A DNA stretch of 64,000 nt from a virus. The stretch lies in the IMG/VR virus record IMGVR_UViG_3300033146_005596, positions 32,001 to 96,000 of that record; one strand, 5' to 3'. Below the pieces are notes generated by a model that did not search any database, had not been told where the DNA came from, and saw only the letters and a list, made by a program, of their open reading frames with translations. The position numbers and the translations under genes are program-made. Below, piece by piece: positions 20,179 through 32,148 of this stretch (positions are counted from its first letter, which is position 1; every line of letters starts with the position of its first letter).

Positions 20179-23075
20179 TGAAAAAGTTCGATGTAGAGTC
20201 TATTAAAAATAGAATGGTTGGAAAAATACAAGAGAGTATTAAGGATATAAACACAGAGAATGGGTTAGAAGAAATTGGCTTGGTTTATGAAGACTCCTTA
20301 ATACAAGCCCTCTTTTCAGCAAGTGCTGAAGTAGAAAGCGAAGTAGTTAGATATGCAGAATATTTGTTAAAAGAGAAGAAATGGACTAAAGCAACTAACT
20401 TATCATCAATAGTTTCTCAAGCAAAATATATTTCATATAGCCCTCATAGAAAAGCATCAGCCACAGGTACCGTTTATTTTTCAGCAGATGAAAGAATTAA
20501 AACTTTACCTTTATCTATATTAAGTGGTGCTACACCAATGCTAGTAGGCGATATAAATATTGGCGATATTGTAGTAGATGATAAAAGCAATGAGTTTATA
20601 GTTATTGCTACACCTGAGCTATCTAGCAACTCAGCTTATGTATCAGCACAGGTTATGCAAGGTATTAAAAAAACACAGTACTCTGTAGCAAACGGAAAAC
20701 CTAATGAGTATATAGAAATAAATAACGACAGCGTTGAAGATGCTGATAATATAGTATCTGGTGCTTTTTTCAAAGTTTATGTGAATGGAGTAGAGTGGAA
20801 TAAAGTTAATAGCTTATTAGCTTCCAGTACAGCTTATAGTCAAGATTACCAAATAATCAACTCAGATGATTTTTCTAAAATATTTGTAGCTTTTGGTAAT
20901 GGCAAAGCAGGACAAAAACTAGCAGAAAACGACAGTGTTAAGATAGAATATATAGAAACAACAGGACTGGATGGTAATGTTTTTACAAATGACAAGGTAA
21001 CTGTTATCAAAAGTTTAATTACTAACCTTGGAACAAAAAAAGTTTATTGTTCTAATAAGTCAAGAATTGCTGGTGGAAAAGACTATGATAGTATTGATAG
21101 GATTAAAGAATTAGCACCAATTGAGTATTTAAAGTTTTATACTATTGGAAATGTTGAGTCTTATCATGAGAATATTTTAAGGTTACAACCAGATATTTCA
21201 AAATTAAAGATTTTTGGTGGCTCCAAGGAGTCTCAGGGAATTACACAAAAACTGATATATATGACAGCTTTATCCAGTGCTAGCACCGACATGTACCAAG
21301 ATAACATTAATAGTGGTAACCATATTTTAGAAAGTTTATCAGCTAAACTGGCTGATTTAAAAAATCCGTCAGATATTCTTGAGTTTTATCCTATTACTTT
21401 TATTCCTATACGAATAGGTGCATCTGTATTTATAAACGAACCACGGGATAGTACTGATAAAATACAAAAGGATTTAGAAAGAGCTCTTTTTATAAAGTAT
21501 AATAAGCATGCTAGAAACTTTCAGGAAAACTTTTACTATTCAGACCTAATTGCTTTACTGCATGAAAATGATAATGTGGACTATGTTAAGGTCCAGATGA
21601 GTACTGTTGAAAGTATGACAAATAATAATTTCAATATTTTTGATTACTACAAAATTTCTGAATACCACAAAAATGATGACCTTTCAAAGAATATCTATTT
21701 TTTAGACAAAGCAGTACAATTTGATTTTAAGTTTAACAACATTTTTAGAGAATCTGAGTTTCCGGGCTTTACTGAAAAGGTAAATGAAACCGGAGATTTT
21801 TTGTTAACTGTGTCAATAATAGCTAAAGACCAAGCCTTAGCTAATAAATCAAGAACTCTATTTTACGACCCAACTTTTACAGAGGACTCACTATTTGTAT
21901 ATGGGTACCATAAAGAGTGGGGTGTCTTCTTGGGTGGTACCACCTACATAAATATTTTATTTGCTACTTGGACTGGTAACGGAACTGATGAAGCATATGT
22001 TATAACACTAGAAGACCCCGCTTCAACGGTAACTCTAACCTATGATGCAACCCCAGGTTCAGATTGGCAAGTATTTAATAGCATGGTTAACCCAGATGCA
22101 GCCCTAGCTATATCTGTAGCTCTTCCTAATAAGTATATAGAAAATATAGAAATGTCAGATGTAGCTAGTATTTCCTATGAGGGCTTTGAACAGTCAGAAG
22201 TACTTTTAGCTGGAGAGCTAGAACCCCGACAAGCCTACTTGATGACAGAAATAAACTCTGTATCAGGAGATGTACGGTATAACTACTGCTATACTATGCT
22301 AAATATAGACATAACTACATATTCAGACTTTTGGGCATCATACTTTAAAGTAGAAGATATTCTAATAAACTCAGAGCTGGAAATCCCTGCAAAAACTACT
22401 ATAATAGATATAAAGCTAAAAGATAACACAGTAATCACAATAAATAAACCCTATGAAATAGCTAGCTTTATTAAGGTTTGGAATGCTAGAAAAATAAAAC
22501 AATTTCCAAAGATAAACTTTAATGTAACAAACTCAACTTGGAATAGTAGAATATTACAATCCTCTGTAGCACCTTTTCAAATAGAAAGATATAAAAAAGA
22601 TTCTAATGGTGTTTATATAAAAAAATCTCCAGTAATAACAGAGTCTGGCTCTGGAGTCAAGCTCTCTTATGAGGAAAGATTTGATAAGTTGTATGACTAT
22701 CCTATTAAAAATTCAAAAGAACATGTTTATTCAGGTAATAGCCCACTTGACAGCTTAGGTGATAGCTTCGATTCTAAAGAGCTAGTAGATGGAATTAAAT
22801 TAAAGTTTAATAATGACTATAGCTCGAATGATGATACTCTGTTTAGTGGTACACTGGATTTACCAGTTGCTTCTTTTTTAGCAGACGACCAAAGTACTTG
22901 GCCTGCAACGGAAGATGGTTTGAAAACACATTTCTTAGAGTTATATCATGTTGATATTTCTGCTATACCTAAGAATAAAAATATAATTGGAATCAATCCT
23001 TATACTTTGATTCATTCTGATTATTCAAATAATGATAGTGAGAGCTTAATTAAAGTGGACGTGATGTATGAGTAA
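20175..23075 (+). CDS. baseplate wedge subunit (gp6-like)
   Basis: A.NLSSIVSQAKYISYSPHRKASA, FGNGKAG, IEYIETTGLDGN, GGKDYDSIDRIKELAP. Confidence 0.85.
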   Translation: MMKKFDVESIKNRMVGKIQESIKDINTENGLEEIGLVYEDSLIQALFSASAEVESEVVRYAEYLLKEKKWTKATNLSSIVSQAKYISYSPHRKASATGTVYFSADERIKTLPLSILSGATPMLVGDINIGDIVVDDKSNEFIVIATPELSSNSAYVSAQVMQGIKKTQYSVANGKPNEYIEINNDSVEDADNIVSGAFFKVYVNGVEWNKVNSLLASSTAYSQDYQIINSDDFSKIFVAFGNGKAGQKLAENDSVKIEYIETTGLDGNVFTNDKVTVIKSLITNLGTKKVYCSNKSRIAGGKDYDSIDRIKELAPIEYLKFYTIGNVESYHENILRLQPDISKLKIFGGSKESQGITQKLIYMTALSSASTDMYQDNINSGNHILESLSAKLADLKNPSDILEFYPITFIPIRIGASVFINEPRDSTDKIQKDLERALFIKYNKHARNFQENFYYSDLIALLHENDNVDYVKVQMSTVESMTNNNFNIFDYYKISEYHKNDDLSKNIYFLDKAVQFDFKFNNIFRESEFPGFTEKVNETGDFLLTVSIIAKDQALANKSRTLFYDPTFTEDSLFVYGYHKEWGVFLGGTTYINILFATWTGNGTDEAYVITLEDPASTVTLTYDATPGSDWQVFNSMVNPDAALAISVALPNKYIENIEMSDVASISYEGFEQSEVLLAGELEPRQAYLMTEINSVSGDVRYNYCYTMLNIDITTYSDFWASYFKVEDILINSELEIPAKTTIIDIKLKDNTVITINKPYEIASFIKVWNARKIKQFPKINFNVTNSTWNSRILQSSVAPFQIERYKKDSNGVYIKKSPVITESGSGVKLSYEERFDKLYDYPIKNSKEHVYSGNSPLDSLGDSFDSKELVDGIKLKFNNDYSSNDDTLFSGTLDLPVASFLADDQSTWPATEDGLKTHFLELYHVDISAIPKNKNIIGINPYTLIHSDYSNNDSESLIKVDVMYE

Positions 23076-26010
23076 AATTTTAGTTTTTAACAATGGTCTG
23101 AACTATCCTGTTGAAACAGACCCTAACTATTTACAGTTATTACAGGAAAATGGTACTAATATCTCATCAGAATTAGCTATTAAATTAGATTTCACTAATT
23201 ATAACTTTATACCTGACGACTCGAAAAAGCTAGTTGTTCAGTTATCGAGCATTAAAGAAAAAACGCCATTTTATAATGAGTTTGTTGACATCGACTTTTC
23301 AGAATTGGTTTTTTATGGTAACCAGGGGGAAGGACATATCAGTATAGCTATTAGCAGCTTACTAGATTTCAACTCAGACTATGCTATAGAAGGGACTTAT
23401 CATTATATTCTATCACCTGCGCCTGGAGCTCCTTTTGAAGAGGTCCCAGGGCTATCCACTATGCCCTTTAGGCTTGAGTTTCGTACAGACACAGAATTGA
23501 CTGAAAAGGACATAAAGAGAGATAAGGACATAAAGACAATAGACTATTACAACTGTTTACATAGTGGTGTAACTAGTAATGTTTGGGAGAACTACTTTAA
23601 TGGTTTGCTTGTTCCAGAACAGAAAAAAGTAATGTATGAAGTAATATACGCACATTTAAACGAAGTTCTTCCTAGCTCAGTTAAATATTTCCAAACAAAA
23701 ATACTAGATGAATATAGTAATTATGATACAGAAAGAGCTATAAAGCAAATAAATGAGCCATACCCTTTAATTAGCCCAGCAGGGTATGAAGATGAAATAG
23801 ATAATTTTGGGGCACTTTTAAACTATAAGCAAGATAGAATTTTTGTTGAAGACTGGAAGTCATTTAGCTTGGGTGATTTCAACTATGATGCTAATGGAGT
23901 TATAATAAAAGATAGTAAATACGAGTCTTTAATAACAGAAAAGCTTAAATGGCTTATCAGTGATATTAAGTCTATTGCTTTTAGGCGTAAGTACGCTTCA
24001 TCTTATCTAGGCTTTAAAATGATATTTGGAGCTTATGCTAATCATGGCTTAGTAGGAGTATCTGGCTTTTTTAATGTTACCAATCCTAATTTACTAAACT
24101 ATAAAAAGACTTATAGATTCTTAGAGGATAATGGGGAAGCTAACTATTTAGAAGGAATTAAAAATGATGTTGATGCTAGGGAGCCTTTTTTTGTAGAAGG
24201 AACTAAAGATTTTTCACTTATTAGAAAGTTTTACCAAGCATATGATGAAGGTAATGTTTATGACACAACTGTTAGATATGATGAAGAATTCCCAGTGATA
24301 AGAACAAATAATTTATTACTGGAGCACACCATTTCCAGTGTTTTGAAGCACAAAAATACCTTGGCCAAATGGAATATATCTCCTTATTATTTTGATAGCT
24401 ATTCAACAGCCTCTGGTAGTGAAGACCCTTTTCATGAAACACCTTACTGCTTATCTGACCTGCCCATCTTGAGCTATGTAAAAAAATCAGCTGATAATGC
24501 AAAAAGAGTTTTAGATAAAATAAAAATTGGAAATCAGTTAAGTGTAGTGACTGATGATTCTGGTTATTATACACAGTCAGATAGCTTATATACAATGGAC
24601 AGTTTAAAGCTAAGGTTTACAATTATAAAATCCAACTTTGATGAGAACAAAAAAGTAAATTTTATTAAACTAGGTACTGGGGGAAAAGCTAAGCAACATT
24701 TATTTATTAAGAAATCTGATATAAAACTACAACAAAATATATATGGAGACCCTAATACTATTTATAACAACACTATCTACTCAAGTGAAGCTCTCAACTC
24801 TGCTAGTTACTTAAGTGACGAAATGGCTTTAATCCAAATAGAGGGAGCTAATTTAGAAAAGCCTCTGTTTGAGCAGTGGGTTGATAAAAAAGAAGTTGGT
24901 ATGATAGGGGTAAGCGGAGCTGTTCTAGATGTAAGCACTATTGTTGACTGTAAAACTTTTGAAGATGAAACACTCAATTCTGACTTAAACCTCAAGATGA
25001 TAGGTAATGAAAGTAGTGATGCATATTCAGAGTTAGATGCTCTAGCTACATACACTGAGATAAAGGAAGATTTGCTTTCAACTGCTTTTCTAGGTAGAGA
25101 TGAAACTGATAAGGTTGCTAAAATTGAAAAAATAACCAATACTTTGAGTCTCCCGTCTACCGTTATTACTGATTTATCCGAAACTTTTGAAATAAAAGTT
25201 TATCCACAGATAACAGATGGCTCGGAGCTTATTAGTTTTATTGACTATAACAAAAGGACCAAAATAGAAAAAATTGAGCTTAGATATAAAGACTTAGTAA
25301 CTTTTAAAAAGGAGTTTTATATTATTTTTTCAGATGATACACCTGATGAAAAAATAAACTTTGGAAGTACAGGTTATAATGAAAACACATTTTATGATGA
25401 TTTTTATATTGATGGAGACTACAAAAACCCTTTTGAAATGATAGTTGAAATAGGATATAATAGTGAGTTTAACCTAGTAATAGCATACTCAATGTGGAGT
25501 AAAGTTATTACTGCTGTTGGTCCAGAATACCGCCTGATACAAGTAGAAAAGCCTTTTATGAAAATATTTCCTGGTTTTGAGCTTGTTAATTATAGCATCA
25601 CAGATAACAGAAAGCTAGGTATAGCAAGAACAAGGATTGTACATAATGATTCAGGAAAACTCTCTTTTATAACTCTTCCTAATGGAAAACTAGACGAAGT
25701 AATAAGCCTGTATGGTATGAACTACGAAATCCAAAACTATGATACAGACGACCATATAATGCTAAGTGATAATATTATAGGAACTAGCAGTGTTTTATCA
25801 GCACTTGATTTTTCATATTATACCAACACCACTAAAAATAGGTTTGAAAAGGATTCTGATAATTCAGCTGTTGTAGGTATAACTGAAATGGGTGTGTTTA
25901 ATACTGAGAACAAGATGATAGCTTATGCTACATTTCCACCAGTTATATATAACTCTTTTTATAACCACTTATCTCTTAATATAATTATTGCAGCTACTTC
26001 TGAAATCTAA
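23068..26010 (+). CDS. baseplate/fibre-attachment protein
   Basis: 980 aa after gp6-like gene; C-terminal ITEMGVFNTENKMIAYATFPP motif. Confidence 0.6.
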   Translation: MSKILVFNNGLNYPVETDPNYLQLLQENGTNISSELAIKLDFTNYNFIPDDSKKLVVQLSSIKEKTPFYNEFVDIDFSELVFYGNQGEGHISIAISSLLDFNSDYAIEGTYHYILSPAPGAPFEEVPGLSTMPFRLEFRTDTELTEKDIKRDKDIKTIDYYNCLHSGVTSNVWENYFNGLLVPEQKKVMYEVIYAHLNEVLPSSVKYFQTKILDEYSNYDTERAIKQINEPYPLISPAGYEDEIDNFGALLNYKQDRIFVEDWKSFSLGDFNYDANGVIIKDSKYESLITEKLKWLISDIKSIAFRRKYASSYLGFKMIFGAYANHGLVGVSGFFNVTNPNLLNYKKTYRFLEDNGEANYLEGIKNDVDAREPFFVEGTKDFSLIRKFYQAYDEGNVYDTTVRYDEEFPVIRTNNLLLEHTISSVLKHKNTLAKWNISPYYFDSYSTASGSEDPFHETPYCLSDLPILSYVKKSADNAKRVLDKIKIGNQLSVVTDDSGYYTQSDSLYTMDSLKLRFTIIKSNFDENKKVNFIKLGTGGKAKQHLFIKKSDIKLQQNIYGDPNTIYNNTIYSSEALNSASYLSDEMALIQIEGANLEKPLFEQWVDKKEVGMIGVSGAVLDVSTIVDCKTFEDETLNSDLNLKMIGNESSDAYSELDALATYTEIKEDLLSTAFLGRDETDKVAKIEKITNTLSLPSTVITDLSETFEIKVYPQITDGSELISFIDYNKRTKIEKIELRYKDLVTFKKEFYIIFSDDTPDEKINFGSTGYNENTFYDDFYIDGDYKNPFEMIVEIGYNSEFNLVIAYSMWSKVITAVGPEYRLIQVEKPFMKIFPGFELVNYSITDNRKLGIARTRIVHNDSGKLSFITLPNGKLDEVISLYGMNYEIQNYDTDDHIMLSDNIIGTSSVLSALDFSYYTNTTKNRFEKDSDNSAVVGITEMGVFNTENKMIAYATFPPVIYNSFYNHLSLNIIIAATSEI

Positions 26011-26045
26011 ACTTATTATATAACTAGATAATAAGGAAAAATAGA

Positions 26046-27053
26046 ATGTTAAGAATAAGTACCAAGTTTAATGCAAGCTTGATTTCTCTTAATGAGAACA
26101 TAGCATTTGAGGGTTTGTACAACCAACAAAATATAATACTAAAATCAGAGTTGAGTGTATCAGGCTCTTCTTTTGTAATTACAGATTTATCAGCAATAGT
26201 ATTTTGCTTGGACACTACAAGTACATTGCGTGTACCAATAAAGCTAGATATTTCAAATGAAACCACGCCTATACCCCCATGTCCCACAGGTCTAGGCTTT
26301 TTATATCTAAAAGTAAAGTATGACTCAGTCTCAAGTAATAACTTCAATTTAGCATCAGCATTAAAATATAAAACGTATAGTGCTGTATTTAATCAAGATG
26401 GCACCAAGGTACTTAACAATAATGAATTATTATTAGCACCAATATATTTTGATGGAGCTAGTCTATACAACTTAAATATAAACTATGGGACACCAAACTT
26501 TGGTACGTATAACAAGTTAGTTAGCTCTAAGAACTCCATAGCTCTTGGGCTTTCAAAAACTAATAAGTTTGCTTTTTTAGTAAATAATAAACCAATATTA
26601 GTAAATGAAAGATACTTTAATATAGTCTATACCAATGTGCAGAAGGTTATAAATGAAGGTACCCCTGAAACATCTGACACAAATTATTATACTGAAATAA
26701 TAACTACAATTACTGCACCAACAGGGATTGAAGAAATAGATATGGGAGAAACTGGAGGTATTACTAAAATTTTAAATGTTTTGTATTTCTCTCCAAGTCC
26801 TGTGGGTGAAGAGAAAACTTTAAAATTATATAACAAAGCATATAAGATAACTAACTGTCTCAGCGCTACAAATATAAAAACTATTTTTGAAAAAGTTAGT
26901 TTACCCCTAGATAAAGGTGGAGTACTACTTGCTGGAGTTATAAGTGAAAATTTGAATAGTTTTAATGAAATTAGAGACTATCTTGATTTAACAGGTATTG
27001 AGAAGCATGGTGAGAACCGTGTTGTAAACTCACTAGTACTAGAAGTAGAATAG
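26046..27053 (+). CDS. putative baseplate/tail structural protein
   Basis: 335 aa in tail operon, ACTTATTA motif upstream. Confidence 0.5.
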   Translation: MLRISTKFNASLISLNENIAFEGLYNQQNIILKSELSVSGSSFVITDLSAIVFCLDTTSTLRVPIKLDISNETTPIPPCPTGLGFLYLKVKYDSVSSNNFNLASALKYKTYSAVFNQDGTKVLNNNELLLAPIYFDGASLYNLNINYGTPNFGTYNKLVSSKNSIALGLSKTNKFAFLVNNKPILVNERYFNIVYTNVQKVINEGTPETSDTNYYTEIITTITAPTGIEEIDMGETGGITKILNVLYFSPSPVGEEKTLKLYNKAYKITNCLSATNIKTIFEKVSLPLDKGGVLLAGVISENLNSFNEIRDYLDLTGIEKHGENRVVNSLVLEVE

Positions 27054-27067
27054 GAGAATAGAATATA

Positions 27068-29332
27068 ATGGCACAAGATAACAGACAATTCAGAACAGGT
27101 TACAACTATTGCTTTGGTGAGTCCAACACAGGCAGTAGTACTACTTACTCAAGTATAGATATGAGAGCGCCCCAGCAAAGTACTTTTTGGAAGAAATCTT
27201 TTAAAAAAGATGGCTATGTTTTTGATGAGTGGTTAACAACAAATAGCAATGACAAAGAAACAGTACTTATTGATTTAAACCAGCCAGAAATGATTACTTC
27301 GTTTAGAGACACTGGAAGCTTTTTACATAGGGACTTAATTTTCATAAATAGTGATGTAGCTAATAGAATGGTTAAGCTCACAAGTGTTGAGTTTGATTCT
27401 GGGACTAACACAATTATAAAACATGCTGAACAGGAGATTGAGTTTTCTCCAGATAGTAGTGTTCCAAGCTCTGCTACAAAAATAATTATTTTTAATAAAG
27501 AAGTGAATACTAGTAATTTAATCTCAGAGGGAAGTGCTTATAAAAACATGTATATACCCGATGACATATATGATGCTTTGAAAACATCTTATGGGTATTT
27601 ACTTGTTGAGTTCTGTTCGGTAGGAGATTTTGTAAGAAAAGAAACATTTGAACAAGATTTAGATGTTACAGCAAAAGTAGTATTTAATGAGGTAAGAGCA
27701 AATACTAAAAGTAGCACGCCTATAGAAGAGATTGAAAATAAACTTAAACTTGCAGATAATGAAGTAACTAATCGAGGTATACCAAACTCTGAGGCTTGGT
27801 TACCTGCTATTAAACATGTTAAAAGCTTGGTTCTAGAAAAACTATATAAAGTAAATGGTACTAGTTATTACAATCTTCCAAAAAATACTTTTGATAACGA
27901 ACTGGGTTATAGCTTTAATACAATAGACCCAAACTATTCAACTGAATCTCCAGGCTTAGCTTTATACTCCAAAATAAAACCTGATTCAGTTATAGGTAGT
28001 ACTTTCGACTCTTTTAATGGTATTATTCAGTACAATTCTAAGCAAAATACTTTGGAGTTTGGACAAGCATTCGAGTTCTATACCGATAACCACAGTAATA
28101 ACCTATTAGGTAATTTACCTTTTGTACCAAAAATTAAAGGTAGTTATACTGATATTTTACCTGGTGGAATCCCTTATTTTATTCAAGAGATTACAAGTGG
28201 AGGTGTATCTCAAGCCCAGTATGAAAGAACCAGAGAGACTTTAAAATATTCTAATATATTTAGAGTAGTTGAAAACGGGGCTGGTACAGAAATAGAAAAG
28301 TTAATACTTCCTAGCCTTTTAAGCGTAACAGACTCTCATACTGCCCCTACTTATTCAAGTAGCCTTGGTAATGGCTTGCTAAAGTTACTAACAGATAGTG
28401 CTACTGCTATTTCATACATGGAATGTATGGATTCTTACTCTGGAGGTTTATTTACCAAAGGCTCTAAAACAACTCTTTTTAGTAGCACAACCTCAGTAGA
28501 TGAGAATAATATTACATTTAATCAGACTATTTTATCAATGGACGATTCAAATAACACATTAGAAATAGGAAGGAAATTTAAAAATGCAGATTTATCAGCT
28601 TTTGTATCTAACTCTATTACTAGAATCTTTGGTAAAACAATCGAACTTGAATCTCAGTTTTTAACAGTTCTAGGTGATTTTAGCTTAAACCCTAGTATGG
28701 GTTATACAGCTCATATTCCTAAGTACCATAAAGTATTAGGAACTCCAGCTGATTATTCTGGTGTGTTTAAAACATTTAGTAAGATTCAGTCACCAACAAT
28801 TGACTATATTCATAATGAGATAGAGAGTATAATCTTAGGTGGAAGGACTTTGGATGATGGTACAACTATAATTCCAGGGGTAAAAAGTACCGCCCCAGCT
28901 TCGTTTAACAGCACTATAAATACTATTTCTGCTTTAACTTACTGGGCTTTACCCACAGCCTTTGCCTTATCTGATTATAATACTGAAGTTCCTAACCCTT
29001 GGCCTGCTATACCAGACAACAAGAAAGTTAGGTCTCTGGTAGATATTACAGATAGCCTCCTTAGAGTGTATTATGATGTTAAGACATTAACTAAGTTTGT
29101 GGAGCTGGAAAAGGCATACAACAGCTTAGGCTCTTGGCAAATTACTAAGAAAACAGATTTAAAAGTAAGTACTAACAATACAGAAGATAAAGTTTTGGAC
29201 TTGTACAAGGCAGACGAGCCATTGAGTAGTATCCAGAGTTTAACAACAGCAGAGTATGGTGCTCAATCTGTAGTTACAGGTGATGGAAAGATAGTACATG
29301 CCTCAAACATGATGATTCTAGCAATAGAATAA
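27068..29332 (+). CDS. putative tail structural protein
   Basis: 754 aa, S/T-rich, in tail operon. Confidence 0.5.
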   Translation: MAQDNRQFRTGYNYCFGESNTGSSTTYSSIDMRAPQQSTFWKKSFKKDGYVFDEWLTTNSNDKETVLIDLNQPEMITSFRDTGSFLHRDLIFINSDVANRMVKLTSVEFDSGTNTIIKHAEQEIEFSPDSSVPSSATKIIIFNKEVNTSNLISEGSAYKNMYIPDDIYDALKTSYGYLLVEFCSVGDFVRKETFEQDLDVTAKVVFNEVRANTKSSTPIEEIENKLKLADNEVTNRGIPNSEAWLPAIKHVKSLVLEKLYKVNGTSYYNLPKNTFDNELGYSFNTIDPNYSTESPGLALYSKIKPDSVIGSTFDSFNGIIQYNSKQNTLEFGQAFEFYTDNHSNNLLGNLPFVPKIKGSYTDILPGGIPYFIQEITSGGVSQAQYERTRETLKYSNIFRVVENGAGTEIEKLILPSLLSVTDSHTAPTYSSSLGNGLLKLLTDSATAISYMECMDSYSGGLFTKGSKTTLFSSTTSVDENNITFNQTILSMDDSNNTLEIGRKFKNADLSAFVSNSITRIFGKTIELESQFLTVLGDFSLNPSMGYTAHIPKYHKVLGTPADYSGVFKTFSKIQSPTIDYIHNEIESIILGGRTLDDGTTIIPGVKSTAPASFNSTINTISALTYWALPTAFALSDYNTEVPNPWPAIPDNKKVRSLVDITDSLLRVYYDVKTLTKFVELEKAYNSLGSWQITKKTDLKVSTNNTEDKVLDLYKADEPLSSIQSLTTAEYGAQSVVTGDGKIVHASNMMILAIE

Positions 29333-29367
29333 AAAACGACTTATTAGATAAAGGAGATAAACTTATA

Positions 29368-32088
29368 ATGGCAAAAGTTAATGGTCAAATTTGGCTTAAG
29401 AATGATACTAAACAACTAAAATATAAACTCGACGGGTTAGTAAGGTCTGTAGTTCCTGAAAACGTATATGAAAAACCAGCTGGTGACCCGCTAAGTGTTG
29501 GTACTGCAGTGTCTTTTAACTCTGATGGTAAGCTACGATATACTAACCCAAATATTGACAGGAAAAGTTTAGGTATTATTTTAGCGATAGATGATGATGG
29601 TGTGAGTTGTACAGTACAGTCAAAAGGATTTATCACAATAGAAGATACCTACAATTTTTTTTCAGGCTATGACCCTTCTAAAGAAAATATTATTTATTTA
29701 TACCATATTAGTAATATAACTGCACCCTATGTTGGTTATACCCTATCTAGAGAACAAGCTGAACTAGGTTCAATTAATGTTATAGAAATTGGTACTATCC
29801 AAAGTATTGCTGACAATACTGGACCATATACAAAATACAATATAAATATATCACTAGAAGGAGATGGAAGAGGCCCTGTAGGAATAACCTCTTTAGAGTA
29901 TACCCTTGGTGAAGCTTTACCTGTCAGTGCAATCCCAATTCCAATAGCTCTAAAAAATGATGGAAAAGTTTATACTGGTAAATGGGACCCAGTAAACCCA
30001 AGTGATGAGCTTAGCAATATTGTTGGTTTTTATCTTCCTAGTACAGCTAAGAACATTGGTGATAACATTATTATAAAAACAACTGGGAGAATTAGCTATC
30101 CTGGCCTTTTAATAGGTCCTAAGTTCTTAAGTACTACTGCAGGAGCTATCGTTGACAATTCAGATTTAAACTGGTCTGTTAAGGTTGGTACCTGCTCAGG
30201 GGATGATTATTTAGACATAAACATTGAAAGAACCAAGCTAAACGAAACAGCAATCCCACTAGCAGGTATTAAAAAGACAGTAGGTGGAACTGTTGATAGT
30301 ACCCATGGTTTTGTAGCTTGTGATGGCTCAGCTATTTCAAGCTTAGCAAGTATCCCTTCAGAGAAAACAGCGCTTGAGCTTGTATTTGGAGTAGGCGGAA
30401 ATATACCTAATCAAACTGGCTACGAGATAAAAATAACTTATGCTTATGACTTAACAGAAGCAAAGCAACCTACTATCAAAAAGTTCAAATCAAATGGTAT
30501 AGTAGTAGGAGATTTAACTTCTAACTATGAAATGACTCATAATCTGTTTAACTCTAATATAACAAATCAGCTAACTGGTGATTTTAATGATTTAATTTTT
30601 AAGGCTTATGGTACCCATAGTTCAAAAGAGTATGATGTTACAGACCAGCTAACGTTTAAAAATGGTAGTACTAAAAACTCTGTTTTGATTTCAAGAAAAA
30701 ATACTTATATTTCTATATTAGAGAATACTACCTCTATACAGCTAGATAATACTGATGCTATTGAAATTAAAGTATACCATGCTGAAAATTATTATTTATA
30801 TGATGGTAATGAATTAGCAAGAGCTATTATGGAGCCTGTTGAAACAGAAGCTGAGCTAAAGGCTATAGTAGGTATGACAGATGATATTTTAGTTAATTGC
30901 CGGGATAAAGGTGTTTATAGCTATAGTAGTACTATTAACCCAGTCTTTACTAGTGAAGAACAAATAGGAAATATAAATAGTCTAGGAAGTGTAACACAGT
31001 ATATGAGCGCTTTTGTACTAGAGGGGAGCTTAGCAGATGAGACTGATTTTCATGGAGCTATATACAAGTATACAGCTTCAGATAATTATTATGTTAGACG
31101 GCTAAACTATGGAGCTCCTGATATTACTTCAGTTGCAAGCTTGAGTGGAAACGGGTTACTCTGGCCAAAGACTGACTTAGCAGGTGGTGGAGTATACTTT
31201 TGGGATTCTAGTGATGGAACAGGAAGCATAAAAAAATGGACTGGTGGCTCAAACTTTACAACAATGCAATCTGCAGCTACTTTGAGTGGATTTGGATTTA
31301 CAGAAGAGTCTTTTAAGATTCTACAGATAGCAAATGGTTTTTATTATATGGCTTTGAATGATTTTACTGACCCAACAAAAATTAAATTTGCAAAATGGCC
31401 TCTTAATTTTACTTCTCCATCAGAGCTGGTATACTTAACAGGCTTATGCGAGCCAGGTAATAGCTTGGAGCCAGTTACCTTTGCAGTATTGTCTAATGCT
31501 AAGATTGTTTATAAAACACAAGTTGCTACTTCTGGAACAACTCAATATAAGACTGTTTCAATTAGTAATGGAGGTACAGCAACTGATGTGGATATACCTG
31601 GTTTATCTCACTATTTATCTAGTACTACACAACCAGAAATACTTGGTATAAGTAATAAGCAATTTATTTTTGCAGATGAAGATAGTATGTATGGCTATGA
31701 TTTAGACACAGACTTGAAAACTGTAGTGGCTGAAAGAGCATTTATAGACAAGGGTATGATTTTAATGAACTATTCAGGGGAATACTATACTACTTATACA
31801 TTTAGTGGTGTAAATCAAGTTCAAAACCGTATTTTTGGTCCTAAGGTTCCATCAGACAGTGGTACTGGTGAGTGGGTTCAGGTGGCTAGCAAAGACTATC
31901 CTACAAGGCTAGATGCGTTGGAAACAATGGATTTATCTGGTCATATTGCAAAAAATGGTGGTGATGTCAATGGTACACAACATGTTTCTCAAGCAAACAT
32001 AGATAAGTTAGTAGCATTACCTAAAACAACAGTAAGTACTACTTCTCCAGGAGGTCCCGCTTCAGGTGATATTTGGATAGAAATTTAG
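29368..32088 (+). CDS. tail fibre protein with collar-like domain
   Basis: GFVACDGSAIS collar motif; C-terminal VSTTSPGGPASGDIWIE fibre-type motif. Confidence 0.65.
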   Translation: MAKVNGQIWLKNDTKQLKYKLDGLVRSVVPENVYEKPAGDPLSVGTAVSFNSDGKLRYTNPNIDRKSLGIILAIDDDGVSCTVQSKGFITIEDTYNFFSGYDPSKENIIYLYHISNITAPYVGYTLSREQAELGSINVIEIGTIQSIADNTGPYTKYNINISLEGDGRGPVGITSLEYTLGEALPVSAIPIPIALKNDGKVYTGKWDPVNPSDELSNIVGFYLPSTAKNIGDNIIIKTTGRISYPGLLIGPKFLSTTAGAIVDNSDLNWSVKVGTCSGDDYLDINIERTKLNETAIPLAGIKKTVGGTVDSTHGFVACDGSAISSLASIPSEKTALELVFGVGGNIPNQTGYEIKITYAYDLTEAKQPTIKKFKSNGIVVGDLTSNYEMTHNLFNSNITNQLTGDFNDLIFKAYGTHSSKEYDVTDQLTFKNGSTKNSVLISRKNTYISILENTTSIQLDNTDAIEIKVYHAENYYLYDGNELARAIMEPVETEAELKAIVGMTDDILVNCRDKGVYSYSSTINPVFTSEEQIGNINSLGSVTQYMSAFVLEGSLADETDFHGAIYKYTASDNYYVRRLNYGAPDITSVASLSGNGLLWPKTDLAGGGVYFWDSSDGTGSIKKWTGGSNFTTMQSAATLSGFGFTEESFKILQIANGFYYMALNDFTDPTKIKFAKWPLNFTSPSELVYLTGLCEPGNSLEPVTFAVLSNAKIVYKTQVATSGTTQYKTVSISNGGTATDVDIPGLSHYLSSTTQPEILGISNKQFIFADEDSMYGYDLDTDLKTVVAERAFIDKGMILMNYSGEYYTTYTFSGVNQVQNRIFGPKVPSDSGTGEWVQVASKDYPTRLDALETMDLSGHIAKNGGDVNGTQHVSQANIDKLVALPKTTVSTTSPGGPASGDIWIEI

Positions 32089-32148
32089 TATTCTTATTTG
32101 TAAGAAACTCATAAAATCGCCTTATTATATATATAAGGAGAAAAGCAA